This document shows, in pieces, positions 8,848 through 18,435 of a stretch of 64,000 nt of DNA. This stretch comes from an uncultured delta proteobacterium (lineage in GTDB: Bacteria > Desulfobacterota > Binatia > Binatales > Binataceae): positions 2,376,613 through 2,440,612 of the forward strand of contig CAVXXK010000001.1 of NCBI GenBank assembly GCA_963765675.1. The letters run 5' to 3'. Under the pieces are notes generated by a model. That model was not told where the DNA came from and searched no databases. It saw only the letters and a list, made by a program, of their open reading frames with translations. A program made the position numbers and the translations under genes. Each line of letters opens with the position of its first letter. Within the stretch, counting starts at the first letter, position 1.

Positions 8848-10242
8848 ATGCTGAGTCCATATATCGATGCCGCGGAATTGCGTGAACTGATCTTCAAAAA
8901 AGAAATCAAGCTGCGCGAGGTCGCCGAGTTCTTCATCGCGCGCGCCGAAAAGCTCAATCCGAAGCTCGGCGCGTTCATGACGCTGACGCCGGAGCGCGCG
9001 ATCGCCGACGCCGAGCGGCTCGAGAAAACTCCCGACGCCGATCGCCGCCGATGCCTGATGTTCGGCATCCCGTATTCGATCAAGGACCTGAACGCGACCA
9101 AAGACATCCCCACCTCGATGGGCTCGAAGAATTACGAAAACTTCCAGCCGCCGTTCGACGACGAGATCGTCGTGAAGATGCGCAATCATGGCGGAATCCT
9201 GCTGGGCAAGACCGCGACGCCGGAATTCGGCGCGCGTCCAACTACCGAAGGCGGGCATTGCCCGCCGGCGCGGAATCCATGGAACCTCGAGCATACCGCC
9301 GGCGGTTCGAGCGGCGGCGCGGGCAGCGCGCTGGGCGCGGGTCTTGGACCTCTTGCGCAGGGCAGCGACGGAGGCGGCTCGATTCGCATCCCGTCGGCCT
9401 GCTGCGGCGTGGTGGGACTCAAGCCTTCGCGCGGACGGGTCACGCTGGCGCCGCAGGCGGGAGAGGCGTGGGCGGGATTTGCGACCTTTGGTCCGATGGC
9501 GCGCACGGTCGGCGACGTGGCGATGTTCATGGACGTGATGTCCGGACATGTCGAGGGCGATCCGTACTGGGCGCCCGATGCGGTCACGTCGTTTCGATCC
9601 GCCGTCGATATCGCGCCGCGCAATCTGAAGATCGCGATCCTGCCGCGCAGCGCGATCACTCGCGGCGATCCGGAATCCGAAGCCGCGACCGAAGCCGCGG
9701 GCAAAGTTTTCGAGGAGATGGGTCATCACGTCGAGCGGACGAAAGTCGATCCCGGCGCGAAGCTGCGCGACGTATGCATGAGGCTCATCGCCGCTGGCGT
9801 GGGCTCAGTGGTATGCCCGAAGCCGGAGCTGATGGATCCGGTGGTGCGCGAACTGTGGGAGGCCGGGCGGAAGATCAGCGCCGCCGAATACATCGCGACG
9901 GTCGCGCAGATGCACAATATCTCGCGCGAGATCGTGCAGGCGCTCGGCGCCTACGACGTGATCATCTCGCCGACGCTCGCGCGTCCCGCGGTGAAGCTCG
10001 GCACGCTGCCGTCGCGTCCCGACCGGTATCTCGAAGAGCTGCCGGAGTGGATTCCGTACACATTTGCGTTCAACGCGACCGGGCAGCCGGGCTTCTCGGT
10101 GCCTAACGGATTCAACAAGGCCGGACTGCCGATCGGGCTGCAAATTATCGGACGCCCCGCGGACGAGGTGACGATTATCGGCCTCGCGCGGCAGTTCGAG
10201 CTGGCGCGACCCTGGAAGGACAAGCATCCCGCACTCGATTGA
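8848..10242 (+). CDS. Amidase (amidase-signature family)
   Basis: PYSIKDL, GKTATPEFG, AGGSSGG, GSDGGGSIRIPSACCG, GLPIGLQ; AGGAGG RBS before the ATG at 8848. Confidence 0.95.
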   Translation: MLSPYIDAAELRELIFKKEIKLREVAEFFIARAEKLNPKLGAFMTLTPERAIADAERLEKTPDADRRRCLMFGIPYSIKDLNATKDIPTSMGSKNYENFQPPFDDEIVVKMRNHGGILLGKTATPEFGARPTTEGGHCPPARNPWNLEHTAGGSSGGAGSALGAGLGPLAQGSDGGGSIRIPSACCGVVGLKPSRGRVTLAPQAGEAWAGFATFGPMARTVGDVAMFMDVMSGHVEGDPYWAPDAVTSFRSAVDIAPRNLKIAILPRSAITRGDPESEAATEAAGKVFEEMGHHVERTKVDPGAKLRDVCMRLIAAGVGSVVCPKPELMDPVVRELWEAGRKISAAEYIATVAQMHNISREIVQALGAYDVIISPTLARPAVKLGTLPSRPDRYLEELPEWIPYTFAFNATGQPGFSVPNGFNKAGLPIGLQIIGRPADEVTIIGLARQFELARPWKDKHPALD

Positions 10243-10284
10243 AGTGGCCGCATCCGTGTGAGCGAAACCGAGGGAAAAAAGATT

Positions 10285-11676
10285 ATGATCAATCCGTATA
10301 TCGAGGCTTGGGAGTTGCGCGAGCTGGTGCGCAAGAAGGAAATCCGCCCGCGCGAAGTCGCCGATTTTTTTCTGGCTCGAATCGAGCAGCTCAATTCGAA
10401 ACTCGGCGCGTTCATCACGGTCACGCCCGAGCAGGCGCTCGCCGACGCGGCGAAGCTCGAGAAGGTCAGCAGCGCCGAGGCGGCGGCGATGCCGCTGTTC
10501 GGCGTCGCCTACTCGCTCAAGGATCTGACCTGGACCAAAGATATCCGCACCACGTTCGGGTCGAAGAACTACGAGAACTGGCGCGCGCCGGCCGACGCCG
10601 AACTCGCGACGCGGCTCAAAAACTCGGGCGGAATTCTGCTCGGCAAAACCTCGACACCGGAATTCGGCGCGCGTCCGACCACCGAAGGCGGGCTATGCCC
10701 GCCCGCGCGCAATCCGTGGAACCTCGAGCATACGGCGGGCGGTTCGAGCGGCGGAGCGGGCGTCTCGGTTGCCGCCGGATTGAATCCGATTGCCCAGGGC
10801 AGCGACGGCGGAGGCTCGATTCGCATCCCGTCGGCGTGCTGCGGGATCGTCGGGATCAAGCCGTCGCGCGGGCGAATCACCGCCGCTCCCGCCGCGGGCG
10901 AAGGATGGGGCGGATTTTCGACCACCGGGCCGATGGCGCACACGGTGCGCGACGCCGCGCTGATGCTCGACGTGATGGCGGGGCATTCGCATGGCGATCC
11001 GTACGCCGCGTTTCCGAATTCGCGTCCGTTTCTGGATGCAATCGCGACCCGGCCCAAGGACTTGAAGCTCGCGGCGATAAGCGAGACGGCGCTTGGTCCG
11101 GTCGATCCGGAAACTCGCGCGGCGTTCGAAAAAGCCTGCGACACGTTCGCCGAGATGGGTCATCGCGTCGAGGTGATCAAGCTCGATCCGGGCAAGCTGC
11201 TCATCGATCATGTGCGCACCGTCGTGATCGCCGCGATTGGCGCGACCCAGTTCGAGAATCCCGATCTGATGGACCCGCTGCTGCGCGGCACCTGGGAATT
11301 CGGGCGGAAGATTCTCGCGACCGATTACCTCCGCGCGCTGACGCAGGTGCATAACATCGCGCGCGAGATCGTCCAGCGCCTGATGCCGTATGACGCGTTG
11401 CTGACGCCGACGATTACGCGTCCGGCGGTGAAGCTCGGCACGATGGCGACGCGGGTCGAAACGGCGGGTGATGAAATTTACGGATGGACCGCGTTCGTGT
11501 TTCCGTTCAATTCGACCGGGCAGCCCGCGATCACGCTGCCTAACGGTTTCAACAAAGCGGGACTGCCGATCGGCGTGCAGATCGTAGGACGCCCGTACGA
11601 TGAAGCCGGAGTGATCGCGCTCGGTGCGGCGTTCGAGGAGGCGCGTCCCTGGAAAGGGAAGCATCCGGCGCTGTGA
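10285..11676 (+). CDS. Amidase, tandem paralog of the preceding gene
   Basis: Same signature motifs (SLKDL, GGSSGG, GSDGGGSIRIP); collinear with 8848-10242. Confidence 0.95.
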   Translation: MINPYIEAWELRELVRKKEIRPREVADFFLARIEQLNSKLGAFITVTPEQALADAAKLEKVSSAEAAAMPLFGVAYSLKDLTWTKDIRTTFGSKNYENWRAPADAELATRLKNSGGILLGKTSTPEFGARPTTEGGLCPPARNPWNLEHTAGGSSGGAGVSVAAGLNPIAQGSDGGGSIRIPSACCGIVGIKPSRGRITAAPAAGEGWGGFSTTGPMAHTVRDAALMLDVMAGHSHGDPYAAFPNSRPFLDAIATRPKDLKLAAISETALGPVDPETRAAFEKACDTFAEMGHRVEVIKLDPGKLLIDHVRTVVIAAIGATQFENPDLMDPLLRGTWEFGRKILATDYLRALTQVHNIAREIVQRLMPYDALLTPTITRPAVKLGTMATRVETAGDEIYGWTAFVFPFNSTGQPAITLPNGFNKAGLPIGVQIVGRPYDEAGVIALGAAFEEARPWKGKHPAL

Positions 11677-11786
11677 GGCTCAAGTGATCGATGTCAGTGA
11701 CGCGACAGTCAGCTCGTGAGGCTATACGCGATGTGAAGTGATCGCGCAGCGGCCGTGGTCGCAAACGAAAGTGGCGCGGGGATAAG

Positions 11787-12587
11787 ATGGCCGCTGCGAT
11801 GGCTCCCCGCACGCATCAATTCTACGCGATCGCATTCGAAGAAAACTTCGCATTGCGTCAGCTCGCCGCAGCGTTTCCGGCGGCGCGGCTGGCGGGACAC
11901 GAGCTGTTCATTCCCGTCGATTCCGACGGCGCGATCTATGCCTACCGATTCGGCGCGCTAGTCACACACGATGTCCCGCCGGAGCGGCGCGAGGTTGAAT
12001 TGGCGCGCATCCGCGCCGCGATCCCGAAGCTGACTGCGCAGGTGATCAGCGAAGACTATTCCGTGGTCGAGGACCCCGCCTTCCAGACTGGAATCGTGGG
12101 CGGGACGTTGCACCTGGACAAGTTCACGCCCGCGCGGGCAAGTATCGTCGCGCTCACGATGGCGCAGAGCGCCGCGATGGAATATTACGAGCGGATTGTC
12201 GATGACCTGTTCGCCCGCACCGGCGCGCTGGTGGAACGCCTCGAACAGCGCGGGACGGTTGCGCTCAACACCCGCCCGTTGCATCGCTTTATCGGCGAGG
12301 CGATTGCCACGCGTAGCGAGGTCTTGTCGGTGTTGCATTTGCTCGACAAGCCCGAGGCCGCCTGGGAGGACTCGGCGATGGACCGCATCTACGAGGACCT
12401 GCGCGCCGAGTTCGATCTGGTTGACCGCTACGCCGCGCTGGAATCGAAGCTGCGCAGCGTGCAGGAGGCGCTCGAGCTGGTGCTCGACGTTGCTCGCGAC
12501 CGGCGCCTGGTGTTGCTCGAGGTCGCGATCGGCGTGCTGATCCTGATCGAGCTAATCGTAAGCCTCGTCCCGCTGATGACGCGCTAG
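11787..12587 (+). CDS. RMD1/YagE (DUF155) family protein
   Basis: YRFGALV, AQSAAMEYYE, LLDKPEAAWED, LRAEFDLVDR, C-terminal TM LEVAIGVLILIE. Confidence 0.88.
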   Translation: MAAAMAPRTHQFYAIAFEENFALRQLAAAFPAARLAGHELFIPVDSDGAIYAYRFGALVTHDVPPERREVELARIRAAIPKLTAQVISEDYSVVEDPAFQTGIVGGTLHLDKFTPARASIVALTMAQSAAMEYYERIVDDLFARTGALVERLEQRGTVALNTRPLHRFIGEAIATRSEVLSVLHLLDKPEAAWEDSAMDRIYEDLRAEFDLVDRYAALESKLRSVQEALELVLDVARDRRLVLLEVAIGVLILIELIVSLVPLMTR

Positions 12588-13534
12588 CCCGAACGACGCA
12601 GGGGCATATCATTCATGAAGCGGATCGTGTGATCCAGGTCGATTATTCCGGCGTCGGAGCCGAGCCCTTGCGCGACCAGCGCGGCGGCCGCATTCGCCAG
12701 GCGCATGCACTCGCGCGGGGTCCATTGGAGCAGCATCGCGCGGATAAATCCGGCGCAGTAGGCGTCGCCGCATCCAGACGTATCGACGACATCGATCTCG
12801 TACGCCGGCAGATGCACGGTTTCGCGCGCCGTCATCATCAGGCTGCCGTCGCCGCCCATCGTCAGCACGACGCCGGGTGCTCCGCGCGCCAGCAGGATGC
12901 GCGCGGCTTCGTCGGGAGTGCGCGTTGCGGTCAGACCGCAAGCCTGATCGGCGTTGGGCATGAACCAATCGACCAGAGGCAGGCACGGCGCGAGAATCTC
13001 GAGCGTCCGCGGCGCGCCCTCGCTCAGGATGTCCATGCTGGTCGATGCGCCGGCGGCTTTCGCGCGGCGGAGAATCTCGACAGCGCCGCCGCGCCCGAGC
13101 CCGCGCATCACGTCGGTACCGCCCATGTGCAGATGCGCGGCGCTCTCGATGAGTTTCCACGGAACATCGGCCATCGTGAAATAGGGATTGGCCCCGATCG
13201 CGTGCAGGGCAGGGCGGTCGCCGTTGGGGCGGATCGGCAGGATGCTGGCCGAGGTCTGAACTCCGGGCTTGCGCACGATGTGGCTCGTGTCGATTCCGAA
13301 GCTGGCGAGCGCGCGGACCAGCACGTCGCCCAGAGTGTCGTCGCCAATTGCGCCGACCGACGCGACATTAAGCCCGAGCTTCGCCAGTCCGACGGCGGTA
13401 CCGGCCGCGGAACCGGCGGGAGCGATGCGAATCTGCTCGAGGATCGCGCCGCCCTGTCCTTCGGGAATATGCGTGACTGGGCGCCCGAGGATATCGAGCA
13501 CGTGCGCGCCGAACGCGACGACGAGCGCGGTCAT
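12584..13534 (-). CDS. PfkB-family carbohydrate kinase
   Basis: AGSAAGTAVGLAKLG, GAIGDDTLGD, VVDTSGCGDAYCAGF; start overlaps the aldolase stop (ATGA). Confidence 0.9.
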   Translation of the reverse strand: MTALVVAFGAHVLDILGRPVTHIPEGQGGAILEQIRIAPAGSAAGTAVGLAKLGLNVASVGAIGDDTLGDVLVRALASFGIDTSHIVRKPGVQTSASILPIRPNGDRPALHAIGANPYFTMADVPWKLIESAAHLHMGGTDVMRGLGRGGAVEILRRAKAAGASTSMDILSEGAPRTLEILAPCLPLVDWFMPNADQACGLTATRTPDEAARILLARGAPGVVLTMGGDGSLMMTARETVHLPAYEIDVVDTSGCGDAYCAGFIRAMLLQWTPRECMRLANAAAALVAQGLGSDAGIIDLDHTIRFMNDMPLRRSG

Positions 13535-14232
13535 GATCGTGGAGCGGCAAGCGCGCGTCTGCGCGCGATCTCGCGATTCTGGCGCTCCAACGTGGCGGTA
13601 TGAAGCTGCGCGGCGATTTCTTCGGGCAGCGTCGTGACAGCGTGTCCGGTCGCGAGCGCCTGAACATAGATCGCGGCGGTCTTTTCCAGCAGCTCGACAA
13701 AGGTGAAGGTCTTTTCGAGGTCGGCGCCGACGCATAGCGCGCCGTGGTTCTGCATGATGTAGCAGTGGCATCGGTTGGCGAGCGCGCGGGTCACGTTGTC
13801 GTGCAGCTCGCGCGAGCCGGACAGCGCATAGGGAATCAGGTCGACGCGGCTGCCAATCGCGAGCGTGACCTCGTCGAACATCGGCGGGATCGACGCGTCG
13901 ATCACACTGCATACGCTCGCGCCCGACTGATGGGTATGGATGACGGCGCTTACGTCTTCGCGCGTGCGATAGGCCGCGATGTGCATCGGAGTCTCGATCG
14001 ACGGCTTGCGCTCGCCCTCGATCCGCTTGAGATCCAAATCGATGATGCAGATATCGTCGGCGGTCATCGCGCCGTAGGGCAGCCGGGTCGGCGTGACCGC
14101 GATCGCGTCTTCGCCTTCGATCCGCATCGAAACGTTTCCGGCGCTGCCCGAATGCGAGCCGAAATAGCCGTACTCGGACAGGCGTTTGCTCATCTCGAGG
14201 ACGCGACGTTTGTAATCGTCGTATGAGCTCAT
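13531..14232 (-). CDS. Class II aldolase/adducin family protein (fuculose-phosphate aldolase-like)
   Basis: GNVSMR, KPSIETPMH, AVIHTH, MQNHG zinc-binding motifs. Confidence 0.92.
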   Translation of the reverse strand: MSSYDDYKRRVLEMSKRLSEYGYFGSHSGSAGNVSMRIEGEDAIAVTPTRLPYGAMTADDICIIDLDLKRIEGERKPSIETPMHIAAYRTREDVSAVIHTHQSGASVCSVIDASIPPMFDEVTLAIGSRVDLIPYALSGSRELHDNVTRALANRCHCYIMQNHGALCVGADLEKTFTFVELLEKTAAIYVQALATGHAVTTLPEEIAAQLHTATLERQNREIARRRALAAPRS

Positions 14233-14309
14233 CGTGCCGGACCTACGACAATCTTTCAGGTGACGCGCTTGCGCGTCAATGCGGGAGAGTTGCAGGCCGC
14301 GCGCGGCGC

Positions 14310-14917
14310 TCAGTCGTGCTTGAACAGATGCTCGCCTTCGCGATGCTCGAACTTTTGCTGGTGCGAGCGAAAACGGCGGCTGACTTCAGAGCGCTCTTCG
14401 GGGGTCATCGCCTGCCAGCGTTTGTAATTTTCCATCACATGCGCGCGCTGCTGCGGCGGTAGCTGCTGAAAATGCTGATAGCGCTGCATGATCTGCTGCC
14501 GGCGATCGGGCGGAAGCTGTTTGAAGTGATTGTAGGACTGGCGCAACTGCTCGCGACGCTCGGGCGGAAGCGAGCGCCATTGGCGCATCCCGCGCAGGAC
14601 TTGCTGGCGCTGGTCGGGCGGCAGGCTGCGGAACTGATGGAAGTTCTGCTCGACTGAATTTCGCTGCTCGGGCGACATCGTCCTCCACTGCCGATAATTT
14701 TCCAGCACACGTTCGCGCTGATCGGGCGTGAGCGCGTTCCATTGGTCCGCGCGCCGCGAGATGAGAGCCTGCTCGGCGGCATTGCGCGGCTGCCCGGGCG
14801 CGAATCCCTGGGCATCGGCAAATACGGCGCGAACGCGCTCAGAAGCATCGCGAGGCCGACAATCGCCGCCGTAAAGCTCAAGCGTCGCATGAGATTTATT
14901 CGCCGGGGCGCCATCAC
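14310..14917 (-). CDS. Secreted DUF3106-like helical repeat protein, frameshifted near 14825
   Basis: The signal peptide is in the 14435..14917 frame. The W/F-x-x-L-P-P-x-x-R repeats (WNALTPDQR, WRTMSPEQR, FRSLPPDQR, WRSLPPERR, FKQLPPDRR, FQQLPPQQR) are in the 14310..14708 frame. Confidence 0.8.
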
Positions 14918-15228
14918 TCGGTCTCCTGGTCGCCAGCCGGCGGAGGTAGTTGGAAGGTTTGCGGCGGTGGTGGTGGCGCGTAGGAATTGGGAGGCGGCGA
15001 TCCGTTTGGTCCCAGGTAGCCGAGCGCGTTTAGCGTCTGGATCTGCTCGAGCATCGACCCGTCGCCGCCGCCGTTCTGCGCGGCCGCGTTGGGATTGGGT
15101 TTGAACAAATCCAGATTGAGCAGCATGTTCAGATCCGGCGGCGGATCGTTCTGCGCCTGCGCCGCCGGGGCTGAGGATATGAGCAGAGCGAGTAACATCG
15201 CGCTTGCCAGGCTAGGACCGCTTTTCAT
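14914..15228 (-). CDS. Small secreted Pro-rich protein in the ECF operon
   Basis: Signal peptide (MKSGPSLASAMLLALL...AQA), DLNMLLNLDLF motif; overlaps both neighbours. Confidence 0.7.
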   Translation of the reverse strand: MKSGPSLASAMLLALLISSAPAAQAQNDPPPDLNMLLNLDLFKPNPNAAAQNGGGDGSMLEQIQTLNALGYLGPNGSPPPNSYAPPPPPQTFQLPPPAGDQETE

Positions 15229-15742
15229 TGGTTGTGTCCGTGGACGTAAACTCATCCAGATGCTCGATCACATCATAGTTCTCAAGCAAGTCCAGATGCT
15301 CGACCACGGGATAATCGCGAAGCAGGCCGATATCAGTCACGCCGATCGCATCCTCCATCGCAAGTTGATCGACCGGCGGTGCTCCGATCTGCGAGCGCGG
15401 ACTGAGCGTCAGGATCAGCACGATCGCGGCGACCACGGCCCCGGCCGTCGCCATCGAGGCCCACGCGATCCGCGGCGACCACCATCCGACGCGTGAAGTT
15501 TGCGGACGATCGCGGCGCGCGGCGATCTTGCGATGCAACTCAGCGCGATAGACGCTCCAGTCGGGCTCGGCGATCTGCGCGACGTCGATCGCGATCGTCT
15601 TGAGCACGGCGGCGAACGCCTCGGCGTCGTCGCGGCATCGCGCGCATCCGGCCAGATGGTCGGCGACGCGCTCGCGCTCTTCGGCGCTCAACTCACCGCG
15701 CAGATAGGGCGCGATCTCGGTCTCGGGATGTCGCTCGAGCAT
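15212..15742 (-). CDS. Zinc-finger (zf-HC2/ZAS) transmembrane anti-sigma factor
   Basis: YLRGELSAEERERVADHLAGCARC (HxxxCxxC), TM helix, C-terminal repeated HLDLLENYDVIEHLD. Confidence 0.9.
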   Translation of the reverse strand: MLERHPETEIAPYLRGELSAEERERVADHLAGCARCRDDAEAFAAVLKTIAIDVAQIAEPDWSVYRAELHRKIAARRDRPQTSRVGWWSPRIAWASMATAGAVVAAIVLILTLSPRSQIGAPPVDQLAMEDAIGVTDIGLLRDYPVVEHLDLLENYDVIEHLDEFTSTDTTNEKRS

Positions 15743-15757
15743 CGCCTTTAGCCGTCC

Positions 15758-16327
15758 TTACTCATTTTTCCGCATGGTTTTCTTAAGATGCGCGAGTGCG
15801 CGATGAATGTGCACGCGCGCAGTGCTCTCGGAGCACTTAAGTATCGCCGCGATCTCGCGGCTGGTGAGACCCTCTTCGCTCTGAAGCAACACTGCCGCCT
15901 TTTGAGTCGGAGACAATCCTTCGAGCGCGACGCGCAGGCGCCTGCCCGCATCGCCACTGATCGCCAGCGCCTCAGGCCCCGGCTCGGTTGACGGCGGATC
16001 GACCGGTGGCGAGTCGGGGTCGTCGTCCTGAGTCGAGAAGGGAACCATCTTGCGCCACCATTTGTTGCGCCGTTTGTGATCGATGCAGAGGTTGACGACG
16101 ATCCGGTAGAACCAGGTTGAAAATTTGGAGCGGCCGTCAAACTTGCCCGCCGACTCGTACAGCCGGATGAAAGCATCCTGAGATACGTCGTGGGCGTCGG
16201 ACTCGTTACCGAGAATCGAGCAGGCGAGCCTGAATGCTCGAGCCTGATGACGATCGAGCAGAGCCTCGAACGCCGCGGCGTCGTGCTCGGCAACCTGCCT
16301 GCAAAGTTCTTCATCGGACTGCACCAC
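15758..16327 (-). CDS. ECF RNA polymerase sigma factor
   Basis: DAHDVSQDAFIRLY, FDGRSKFSTWFYRIVVNLCID, region 4 EGLTSREIAAILKCSESTARVHIHRA. Confidence 0.95.
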   Translation of the reverse strand: MVQSDEELCRQVAEHDAAAFEALLDRHQARAFRLACSILGNESDAHDVSQDAFIRLYESAGKFDGRSKFSTWFYRIVVNLCIDHKRRNKWWRKMVPFSTQDDDPDSPPVDPPSTEPGPEALAISGDAGRRLRVALEGLSPTQKAAVLLQSEEGLTSREIAAILKCSESTARVHIHRALAHLKKTMRKNE

Positions 16328-16419
16328 AGCGACCGGTCCCTCTCTGGTTTGGCCGGCCGCGTCCCCTTTGGGGGACTTTGCTATTCGGCCGCGTGGCCGA
16401 TGCTACCCTTACCGGCCCG

Positions 16420-16449
16420 TTGGACGAAACCAGATGTACATTCGTTTAC
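16420..16449 (-). promoter_or_regulatory. ECF-type promoter driving the sigma operon (autoregulatory)
   Basis: Minus strand reads GTAAAC-gaatgtacatctggttt(17)-CGTCCAA. Confidence 0.8.
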
Positions 16450-16536
16450 ATTGCGGGCGGCGCGATCGTGGTATTGAAATCTTCGCCGATTTTCCGCCTG
16501 AGGTGGTGCAATCGTCATCGGAGAATTCCAAGCCTG

Positions 16537-16566
16537 GTAAACGGATGCGAGGTGATAGGCGTCCAA
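16537..16566 (+). promoter_or_regulatory. ECF-type promoter driving the secreted repeat-protein gene
   Basis: Plus strand reads GTAAAC-ggatgcgaggtgatagg(17)-CGTCCAA; boxes and spacing are identical to the divergent copy. Confidence 0.8.
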
Positions 16567-16643
16567 GTTGCTGAAGCAGACGAGATCGCGGTGAACGCCA
16601 AATCTTATCCAGACCAGCTTCGTAGAACTCAGGAGGACTTGCG

Positions 16644-17354
16644 GTGAAGAAGACATTGACAACTTTTGCGGCGATGGTTTTTGTCGGCGCGATGGGGACC
16701 GCGGCGATGGCGCAGGTGCCCTACAACGGCGGCTACGGACAGGGAATCGGCGCGAAGCAGGTGAATCGCTTCCAGAACGGCTACCTGGACGAGCATCCGG
16801 AAGTCGCCAGCGAGCTCGGACACAATCCGGCGCTGGTGGATAATCCGCAGTTCATGGCGAACCATCCGGGGCTGCGCGACTACTTCGAGAGCCATCCGGG
16901 CGTCCGCGCCGACATCCGGGCGCATCCGGACCGCTTCATGAGCGACGAATGGAAGCACGACGCGTGGCATCAGCCTGGGTACGGACACGGTTATGGCTAC
17001 GGCTATGGGCACGGATATGGCCCGGGAATCGGTGCACCGCAGCTGAATCGCTTCCAGAACGGTTACCTGGATGAGCATCCGGAAGTCGCGCAAGAGCTCG
17101 GACGCAATCCGGGTCTGGTGGACAATCCGCAGTTCATGGCGAACCATCCGGGGCTGCAACAGTACTTTGCGAATCATCCGGAAGTCCGCGCCGATCTCAA
17201 GGCCCATCCGGACCGATTCATGAACGATGAGTGGAGGAATGACGCGTGGCATCACCCGGGGTATGCGCATCCGATGGCGAACGGCGTAGCGAATCCGGTT
17301 GCCCACACGGGTTGGCAGACTCATCCGATGCAGCATTACAACCAGAGACACTAA
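16644..17354 (+). CDS. Secreted His/Asn/Pro-rich protein with two ~80-aa repeats
   Basis: AGGAGG RBS; signal peptide ending AMA-Q; duplicated NRFQNGYLDEHPEVA...NPQFMANHPGL...AHPDRFM with a 282-nt period and a GYGHGYG linker. Confidence 0.88.
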   Translation: MKKTLTTFAAMVFVGAMGTAAMAQVPYNGGYGQGIGAKQVNRFQNGYLDEHPEVASELGHNPALVDNPQFMANHPGLRDYFESHPGVRADIRAHPDRFMSDEWKHDAWHQPGYGHGYGYGYGHGYGPGIGAPQLNRFQNGYLDEHPEVAQELGRNPGLVDNPQFMANHPGLQQYFANHPEVRADLKAHPDRFMNDEWRNDAWHHPGYAHPMANGVANPVAHTGWQTHPMQHYNQRH

Positions 17355-17380
17355 ATCCGAAGTGATGCTTTAACTTCTCG

Positions 17381-17416
17381 CGCCGCCGGAGCCAGCCTCC
17401 GGCGGTGTCTTTTTTT
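17381..17416 (+). terminator. Rho-independent terminator
   Basis: cgccgccggag-ccagc-ctccggcggtg followed by a T run. Confidence 0.85.
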
Positions 17417-17495
17417 GGCGGACACGCTCTTCGCGAGCAGTCGTCGTGGTGTATAAGAGAAAAACGCGGCGCAGGTCCGCGCGGGAGGTTTTCCG

Positions 17496-18380
17496 ATGGC
17501 GAGCGAGATGTTCACGAAGGTGCTCGAGATCGTCAGGGCACAACCGATGAATCCAAATGCCACCCCAGCGCAGCGGCGTGCCGGGATGGAGAAGATCAGC
17601 GAGCATGTCGCGCGCGATGTCACCTGCACGCCCGTCGATGCGGGCGGGATTCCCGCCGAATGGGTCGAGGCTCCGGGCGCCGCGCCGGACCGAGTCATAC
17701 TCTATCTGCACGGCGGCGGTTACGTGATGGGTTCGATCGGGACGCATCGCGCGATGGTTGCGCGAATCGCGCGCGCTTCTAACTCGCGAGCCCTGTTGAT
17801 CGATTACCGGCTCGCGCCGGAGCATCCGTTTCCCGCCGCGGTTGATGACGCCGTAGCTGCTTATCGATGGCTCATCGCGCAGGGCTGTAAGCCGGGTAGA
17901 ATCGTGATTGCTGGGGATTCGGCGGGTGGAGGCCTCGTGCTCGCGACGCTGCTCAAGCTGCGCGATACGGGCGTCACGCTGCCGGCGGCGGGGGTCGGGA
18001 TCTCACCCTGGACGGACCTCGAAGGCACCGGGGAATCGGTCAAGACGAAGGCGGCGATCGATCCGATGGTCACGCAGGAGAATCTGTCGATCTCGGCGAA
18101 GACCTATTACGCGGATCACGATCCCAAAAATCCGCTTATTTCCCCGATCCACGCCGACTTTCGCGGATTGCCGCCGCTCCTGCTCCAGGTCGGCGAGTCG
18201 GAGATCCTGCTCGACGACGCGACGCGGGTCGCCGCGCGTGCAAAAGCCGCGGGCGTCAACGTCGAGATCGAGATCTGGCCCGAGATGATCCATGTATGGC
18301 ACGTGTTCGCGAAGATTCTCCCCGAGGGCCAGCAAGCAATCGACAAGATCGGCAAGTTCGTGATCGCGCTCACGACGTGA
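17496..18380 (+). CDS. Alpha/beta hydrolase (HSL family esterase)
   Basis: YLHGGGY, DYRLAPEHPFPAA, GDSAGG, EILLDD, MIHVW. Confidence 0.94.
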   Translation: MASEMFTKVLEIVRAQPMNPNATPAQRRAGMEKISEHVARDVTCTPVDAGGIPAEWVEAPGAAPDRVILYLHGGGYVMGSIGTHRAMVARIARASNSRALLIDYRLAPEHPFPAAVDDAVAAYRWLIAQGCKPGRIVIAGDSAGGGLVLATLLKLRDTGVTLPAAGVGISPWTDLEGTGESVKTKAAIDPMVTQENLSISAKTYYADHDPKNPLISPIHADFRGLPPLLLQVGESEILLDDATRVAARAKAAGVNVEIEIWPEMIHVWHVFAKILPEGQQAIDKIGKFVIALTT

Positions 18381-18435
18381 AGGTGTACAATTCAATCGAC
18401 TTCAATCGAAGGGTACACGATCAGGAGAAACCGAA

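Noticed and set aside
16740-17270. Direct DNA repeats that might suggest a CRISPR or other non-coding array
   Set aside because: They are in-frame coding repeats with synonymous differences; there is no repeat-spacer structure and no cas genes.
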